From positions 1,302,001 through 1,366,000 of the forward strand of contig JBBPEB010000013.1 of NCBI GenBank assembly GCA_039096225.1: DNA of 64,000 bases, read 5' to 3'. A program made the position numbers and the translations under genes. The DNA is from Blastocystis sp. Blastoise (taxonomy: Eukaryota; Protista; Bigyra: Opalinata). The notes below the pieces were generated by a model that saw only the letters and a program-made list of their open reading frames with translations, was not told the DNA's origin and searched no databases. Shown here in pieces: positions 56,296-64,000 of this stretch; the first letter of the stretch is position 1; every line of letters begins with the position of its first letter.

Positions 56296-57100
56296 ATGGG
56301 TATTAACGAAAATCACACATGGTTTTGTTTCAAGAACTTAAGTTCTAAGAAATACAATATGATTAATACCGTTCACATTGGTATTGGCTTCACATTACTT
56401 TTCTTTGGTTTTAATTCTGGACAAAATTTCGCAGTAAAGCTTTTTGGAAATCTTGGCTCTATATCTCTTGCTATTCTCTACTGCTCTTATTCCTTCTGTA
56501 ATTTACTTGCTCCTAGTATTATATCTGTCTTGAAAAGTCCTAGATTAGCTGTAGCTCTTGGTGCTTGTATTTACACCATTTATATTTTACAATTTGTTTA
56601 TGTTATACCATGGTTTATATACATTTACAGTATAATTCAAGGTTTAGGTTCAGGTGTATGTTTTCTTATATTTATCTCTTTATTATTTATTTTTTTATTT
56701 GATGTATCTTGTGTATTTATGTATATTAGCAGTCAAATTATTTTTCTTTTTTCTATATATATATATTATCTTATGATATTTTTATCTATTATAGTTATTA
56801 TGGGCTGCTCAAGGTATATATATAAATGATTGTTCTACTGAAGATGACCGTGGCCAAAAAGCTGGATTATTCTGGGCTCTTTTTATGATGAGTAATATAT
56901 CCTTTATTGTGTTTATTATATTTATGTTTATTATATTTATTATGTTTATTATATTTATTATGTTTATTATATTTATTATGTTTATTGTATTTATGTTTTT
57001 TATTATTATTAAATAGTAGTATAATAATTTCTTTAATAAATATACGTTCTTGGTAATTTAGCTTGCTTTTTTATTATTAGAGTCTTCCCTATTGTATATA

Positions 57101-57141
<41 letters not shown>

Positions 57142-58319
57142 GGAAGGTGTAGCCCATGATGGTTGGAATGATAATTGTTCTCTTCTTTTCCTTATTCTTG
57201 GTTCTATCTCTATTTTAGGTTGTCTTCTTCTATTTATCCTTCGTAAACCTTATAATGTTGGAGAAGCTATTCAATCAAGATTATTAGATAAAGAAAAAGC
57301 TGCTGAAACTAGTCTGAATGCCTCTGAAAATGCAACAACTCTCTCGGGTGAAGTTAAAGAAGTCGAAGAAGGCTTTATTCAACGTTTAAAGTGTATGTTT
57401 GAAACCTTAAAAGATGTGAAAATGTGGCTACTTCTTCCTCTCATCTTCTCAAGTGGTATATTATTATGTTTATTATTATGTTTATTATTATTATTAACTG
57501 TTTCATCTTCGTCTATTCTCTATGTCAATCACGTTACTATATATATATATATATATAGGTTATAGTGCTGTCTTTATTGCTTCTCATTATTCTCGTCAAA
57601 TCGTAAATACAGAGCTTATTGGTATATGTATGTGTATATATGGTATCGTAGAAGTTATATTCAGTTATATCATGGGATATGTTTCCGACCACTGGGGTAA
57701 TACCGTCTGTATTGTTACTGGAGTTGTCTGTCAAGTATATATATATATTTATATATCTTTTTTTCTAAATATACTAATGAACTATATATAATATATCTTT
57801 TCTATATTAATTAACTATATACTATATTCTATAGTTAATAAGTTTAATTGTGTCTGTTTTCGCCGATAGTGAGCAAAACTGGCTTATATATGTACCTGCC
57901 GTCTTCTTTGGCATAGCTGATTGTTCATTTAATACACAATTAATGACATTATGTGGTCAATTATTCTCTAAATATGTCGATGCTTCCTTTGCTGCTTTAA
58001 GAATGTTCCAATCTCTCGGTTCTACTCTCTGTTTCTTCTTAGCTCCTCTTTTCGTTTCTGCTGGTGCTGTTATTGCTACACATGATAATTATATTATTGA
58101 AGTTATTGTTTCTGGAGTAATCTGTATTTTTGGTTTCCTCTTCTATCTTATCTTAGCTTGTAAATATGGTACTAACTGGAACCCTGTATATATATATACA
58201 TAATATATTTTTAAATTCATTATATTAATACATATATATAGGCTAAGATTGATGATAATAAGCGTATAATGAGAGCCAGTTCTTCTTTCAATACTATTCC
58301 TATTAATAACGTTTTATAG
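56296..58319 (+). CDS. UNC93-like / MFSD11 MFS membrane protein
   Basis: GIGFTLLFFGFNSGQN, LGSISLAILY, GLGSGLLWAAQGIYI, RGQKAGLFWALF, GIADCSFNTQ, FAALRMFQSLG. Six introns, including one AT-AC. Confidence 0.9.
56897..57045 (+). other. U12-type (minor spliceosome) AT-AC intron
   Basis: 5' site ATATCCTTT; branch-point-like TTTCTTTAAT at 57028-57037; 3' end TAC. Removal restores FMMSN|VLGNL in phase 0. The nearby GT-AG alternatives hit stops. Confidence 0.9.
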
Positions 58320-58647
58320 AATTAGAAATATATCAAATAAATATTTCTAAAATATATATACAAGTATTCTTTATGGTATTTTCATTTTTAATTTGTTTTC
58401 ACTTGTATATATATATATATATAATCTTCTTTGTTTTCTTGTTTATTTACATCATCGAAATGGGATTTTCTCAAAAGTATATTCAATTATTTATAGATTC
58501 TTTTTTTTGTTATTGTTTTATATTTATTTTGTTATTATTCATATAAATCATATATATGTTTATAATATAAATATAACAAACTTGAAAATATAATATATAT
58601 ATGCAAAAAACTACAAACAAACAAAACAACTTTTCAACTAATAATAC

Positions 58648-59241
58648 TTAATGACCAAAAACTGCTTCTCGTAAGGAAATATTCTTAAAGAGAAGATGAA
58701 ATAATGCAGTACATGAATAAACACAATTCATAATGAAAAATGTTGAAAACATTTTTGAAAAATGGAGAAGAAGATATGTTATGAAGAAAGCCATAATCAC
58801 TTGATGGGTTGTTGAAACAGTATAATCCTTTATTTGAATGGTTATATCAGAGAAATAGACAGGAATCATGTTTGCTAGAATAACAAATAAAATAATTGTA
58901 CCAAAAGAAGGCCAAATCAAAGCAAAAACCATGACGAATATGATGTACAACAAATAATAGTTAATTCTGTAATACGAAGAATGAATTCGTATCCTTTTAT
59001 CAATTTGATCCAACGATGGAATACTGAATCCACTCAGAAATTCATGCCATGATTGCTAATATTGCATAAATATATCAAATAGTTTAAAATTGATAGAAAT
59101 ACTGTTTTTCCCCAACCCACTTGCTTGATGAATGCATAGGAAACTTGAAGTACTAGTAACAGAGCATTATAATATAGTTCATACACAATATTTACGATGT
59201 TCTATGAATTCAAAAAATTGATCTACCTTAGACTTTGTCAT
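58648..59241 (-). CDS. PRA1 (prenylated Rab acceptor) family protein
   Basis: SWHEFLSGFSIPSLDQIDKRIRIHSSYYRINY followed by hydrophobic hairpins and a late H-x-x-F motif. Two GT-AG introns. Confidence 0.75.
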
Positions 59242-59758
59242 TTAAAAAAATATTCAAAAAGTATTTTCATTTTCTTATTTAAAACTTTATAAAATATGTA
59301 TTTTCTTTTTTTTTAGTAACATATCATTTCCTTTCTATTCATGAATTTCAAGAAATGGTATATTTATACAAAACAGTTGATCAATGTGTAATTTGACAAA
59401 CAATAAAAACTTGATATATATATATTGTATATATTGTTCTATAAAATATAAATAACAAAAAAGAAACAGTTGTTAATCTAAAGATGTCTTTCAAATATAT
59501 TGTATCTCTATAATAATTGTATCGAATTTTTATATTTAGCAAATCAACCCTTAGACAAATCCAAATGAAAGTTTCCTTCTTCATGGCACACATTTTTGAT
59601 TCCCATGAGAATCAATGACAATAAACGGTATTTATGCAAAATTCCCGTTTTGGTATTTGAATAACAATTCAGTCCATAATATACAGTTCAAGGAATTAAG
59701 TCTAACTTTATCAAGATCTACTTTTGTTATTTCTTTATATTATATTATATAATTTGAA

Positions 59759-61062
59759 ATGGATACTGAGAGTATAGTTACAATTGTGGTTGTAGTAGTC
59801 ATCGTTCTTATTATTGTTGGCATTATATTGGGTAGTATAAAAGTTGTTAAACATTCAACAGTCATGATTGTTGAACGTTTTGGTTCTTATAATAGAACAT
59901 TAAGACCTGGTATCTGGGTTATTTGGCCTATTATTGAAAATACTCGTAAGGTAAATTGGAGATATGCTGAGTCTAATTGGGGTGAAATGAAGCAACGCCA
60001 TATAGTTACTGATAGAATTGATATGAGAGAGCATATTATTGATTTTGGTGAACAATCTGTCATTACTAGAGATAACGTTTTAATTAAGATTGATGCTCTT
60101 GTTTATTTCCGTATCACAGATCCTAGAGCTGCTACTTTTAATGTTAATAATCTTCCTGATGCTATTGAATTATTAACTCAAGCAAATATATACATAATGG
60201 TTTGATTGTTTATTTTTTATTATTTTTTATAAAGTTTTTATTATTTTTTATTATTGTTTTAATATTTTTTATTATTTTTTATTATTTTTTATTATCTAAA
60301 AATAATAATAATAATAATTTATATATAAAAGCTACCTTACGTAATCTTATTGCTAAGATTACTCTTGATGAAACATTCTCTTCTCGTGAAGTTATTAACG
60401 AAGAATTATTAAACAAAATATATATATATATGTTTATGTTTATTCTGTTTATATTGTTTATGTTTATTATGTTTATGTTGTTTATTATTGTTATGTTTAT
60501 GTTGTTTATTATTATTTTATATTACTTATATATATAATACTAATATATAATTAACATTATATATAAATAGATTCAATTAGATGCAGAGAGATGGGGTGTT
60601 AGTATAACTCGTGTTGAGATTCAGAATATTATCCCACCTGATGATATAAAGACCGTTATGGAAAGTCAGATTCGAAGTGAACGATTCCGACGTGCGGAAG
60701 TCTTAAAAGCTGATGGTGGCAGAATGAATGATGTTATTAAAAGTAGAGCAGAAGTAGCACAAGTATGTAGTATTATTATTATTATATGTATTATATTTAT
60801 TGTGTTATTTCAATATATTATTTATTGAATATATATTATTTATTGAATATATATTATTATTTATTATTATTATTTATTATATTTTATTAAGTCCTACTAT
60901 TAATATTGTTATAAAAAGTATTAAATGCCGAAGGCTATCGTTTCTCTACTATTACTATGGCTCAAGGAAATGCTACTTCTAAATTATTATTAGCAGAAGC
61001 AGAAAAGAAAAGTATCGACCTTCTTGCTGATGGTATATATTTATTATTATTATTATTAACCA

Positions 61063-61120
<58 letters not shown>

Positions 61121-61122
61121 CA

Positions 61123-61200
<78 letters not shown>

Positions 61201-61371
61201 GCCTTAAAGGACAGTGGTGTCTGTGTGACAGATTACATGGTAGCTCAACAATATATACAATCCCTTGGAGCTCTTCTTAATAATAAGAATAGTTGTGATG
61301 TTTATCTTCTTCCTTCTGATTCCATTCGTACAGTTGGTGAATTAATTCATAAAACACAAGTAGTTGCTTAA
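59759..61371 (+). CDS. Stomatin-like SPFH/Band-7 protein with an N-terminal TM helix
   Basis: IVERFGSYNRTLRPG, QSVITRDNV, TLRNLIAKITLDETFSSRE, WGVSITRVEIQNI, AEG-type 11-mer repeats, YMVAQQYI. Introns 1-2 are non-canonical. Confidence 0.92.
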
Positions 61372-61896
61372 ACATATATATATATATATTCATACTTAAT
61401 ATTAGTTGATGCAACTCTATATATCTTCCTTCTTATATAAATATGTTTATTTTATTTTAATTATATAAATTCTATTGCATTTCTCATTTTATTATATGTG
61501 TTTATATAATAATTCATTCATCTTTTTAAAGTGTTCTTAGTTATTATTAACATAAATGTACTACACACTATTTTTTATTCAACAAACATATATAACCAAA
61601 CACATATAAGATACATAAATAATCATTAAATCAATGAAAAAAAGTCCCAAATAATTGTCTGAATATATATAATTAAAAAAGAAATAAGACAATACAAGTG
61701 TATAGAATAGGTAACAAAAGAGTAAACATATAAAAAATAAAGACTAATAATGATATAATCCTTTAAATTTGAAATAAAAGTATATAAAAAATGAATACAT
61801 ACATATTATATATATATAAAGGAGACATATATAAAGAAAAGATATATAATTAGATTATACTATAGATTCCTAATCTCCTTTCATTTATATAGATCT

Positions 61897-61994
61897 TTAT
61901 GCAGGTTGTTTTGCTCTTTCGAATTCTGCGATTCTCTTCTCAATTCTCTTCTTCTGCCAAATAGTCAAACTCTTATCACCACTAATCTTTTCAA

Positions 61995-62050
<56 letters not shown>

Positions 62051-63698
62051 TGTTTATGGTATTAATTAGAATCATTATATACATTGCAATAAGATTCTAA
62101 TTCATCTTCATTCAAATCTTTCATGGGTTCCGTTAATTGTACGTTAAAGATCCATTTGCCGTTAGCTTGATCATAGACCATCATCGGTAATAAGCCAATA
62201 ATATCTGGAGAATTAATATAATAAGCACCATAACGAAGAACATCTATATATATATATATTATTAGAATAAGTATTATAATATATAGTATTATAGATTATA
62301 GAGATAATAATATATATTATATATATATTATATATACCTAAAGGAAGAGAAGTAGAGATTCTTTCGTCTTCTTTTTCTTGTTTGAAATTCGTTTGCTCAA
62401 ATTGAGGAGCAAAACGCTTAGCACGTGCTTTCTCTTTTTCTAACTGACGTTCCTTAACTAATTCTTTAAATCCTTCATTATAATTCTTAGATCCTCCAAT
62501 CTTCTTGATATATTCACGGGTATCTTCAACATCTTGCTCCACAATATCTATATATATATATAATATAAATAATAATAATATAAATAATAATAATAAGAAT
62601 AAGAATAAGAATAATAACTATATATATATATATATACCTTGTAATATAGGTATAATATCTAAGAGAGAAGTATCTTTCTTGGGATTCACTTTCTCAATCT
62701 CAGGAATAACTAACATATTTTCATTATTAACAAAATGGTTTTCATCAATATCAATAATAATAATATTTTTAGGATCTCTATTAATAGTATTAATATCACG
62801 CACTTTCTTTCCTTCAACGCTCTTCCATCCATCTTCATATAAAGACATATAAGGTAATTGTAAAGGATCTACCTTATGGATTAAATCGTCTGAAATCATC
62901 TTACTTTCATCACAAGCAAATACAATTTCATAGTCAGCAGCAGCTAATAATAAGAATTGATCGAAATTAGCACGTTTATAAGAACGTAATCCGGAATTCG
63001 GATTAAAAACTTCACCTGTAACACCGTGTTGTAAACGAATAATAAGAGTACGAGGAGCCTTCTGATTATCAGGCACATAAGGATCCTATACATATATATA
63101 TATTATATATATATATATATAGGAAGAAGAAGTAATAATATTTTTATTTTTATAATTCATTATAACTATTAATACTTATTATTATATAACAATACTAATA
63201 TTATTTATAATAATACATAGTACATTAAACATAATAAATAAACAATAACTATAGCATATATTAATATAATAAATATTATTATAAATAAAAATAATTCTTT
63301 ATATACAGGAAGTCTATTATCATTTTGTTCAAGAACATTTTGTTTTAATTTATACATAATAGGATCCATTAATTCATGATATGTACCAGCTACAGTTTGT
63401 TTGTAGTTTTCAACAGTTATAGATTTGAATTTCTTTTGAGTTTCATAAGCTTCATAACCAGCAATAGCAGCGACAGTTCCTATAACTCCACTAGTGATTA
63501 ATAAGGGAGTACGATTAGAAACAGTCTTGCTAATTGTAGGAAGAGGCTTGGTACGTGCCGCTTTAACTATATTTTCCTTAGGAAGGACAAACTTTTCACT
63601 AGAACTAGAAAAGGATCTTTCCATTTCTTTCATTATTTTTGAACCAGCTGCTCTCATAGCCTAACGACGTAAGTCAACTATAACGAAGAACATACCAT
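61897..63698 (-). CDS. TIM50: TIM50 (NIF/FCP1-like domain) mitochondrial import subunit
   Basis: Basic presequence-like N-terminus, one TM segment, LPDP..PRTLII, YKRANFDQFL, YEIVF, VRDINTINRDPKNIIIID, DTSLLDIIPILQ, DVEDTR. No DxDxT catalytic motif. Exon 1 is ATG only, followed by a 35-nt intron. Confidence 0.85.
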
Positions 63699-63941
63699 TT
63701 TTATCTACCTTTTGCTTATTACAATAGAGTATGTTGGATTTCTTTTTTGTGTATGGAGAAGAAAAGAAAGAGAACCTCGTTATTATTTTTGTTTTTCCCG
63801 TTGAAAGTCCTTTTGAGTATTCACATGGTTTCACATTGAAAATGACTGAGAAAACTCAAATTTTCGTGGGAATGTTTTTTGCTTGATCATTTTTTTAAAG
63901 TGCTTTAATTCTAAATTCTATCCTTCTAAAACAATAAAAAC

Positions 63942-64000
63942 ATGTCAGATGAAGCACTAAATGTATTGTCTGTAGCTGCATATGGAGAATATGAAACACT
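63942..64000 (+). CDS. 5' start of a gene running off the window, possibly ankyrin-like
   Basis: ATG TCA GAT GAA... gives MSDEALNVLSVAAYGEYET, divergent from TIM50. Too short to assign. Confidence 0.3.
   Translation, partial: MSDEALNVLSVAAYGEYET

Overview
Very AT-rich, intron-dense eukaryotic nuclear DNA. Introns are short and usually read GTATAT...ATATAG with (TA)n tracts. The gene families (BTB-TLDc, BTB plus LRR-like) and architecture suggest a gut protist, possibly a Blastocystis-like stramenopile; this is inference only. From about 20 to 64 kb the window is gene-dense: a BTB-TLDc protein, a BTB/LRR-like protein, CIR1, a bZIP factor, two SKP1 paralogs, a large E/R/K/A-repeat protein with a PH-like domain, CCDC130/YJU2B, RAD23, VPS60/CHMP5, an UNC93-like MFS transporter, PRA1, a stomatin-like SPFH protein and TIM50. 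It also holds an intact Tc1 (DD34E) transposon, a 97-bp CACTA-type MITE and a tRNA-Val(GAC). From about 0 to 20 kb there is no intact protein gene: a broken double-TLDc pseudogene cut by a MULE-like end, two opposite-strand polypurine/polypyrimidine tracts, exon/intron-like units with no long ORF, and two covarying 68-nt tRNA-like cloverleaves. Top leads: (1) conserved genes whose reading frames can only be rebuilt with non-canonical introns (AT-AG, GC-AA, GT-AC, GT-CT), plus a clear U12 AT-AC intron; (2) a pair of linker-less tRNA mimics that end apparently spliced non-coding units, resembling mascRNA-type 3' processing; (3) a G34 Val tRNA on a eukaryotic tRNA body. All gene models were assembled by hand without transcript data.
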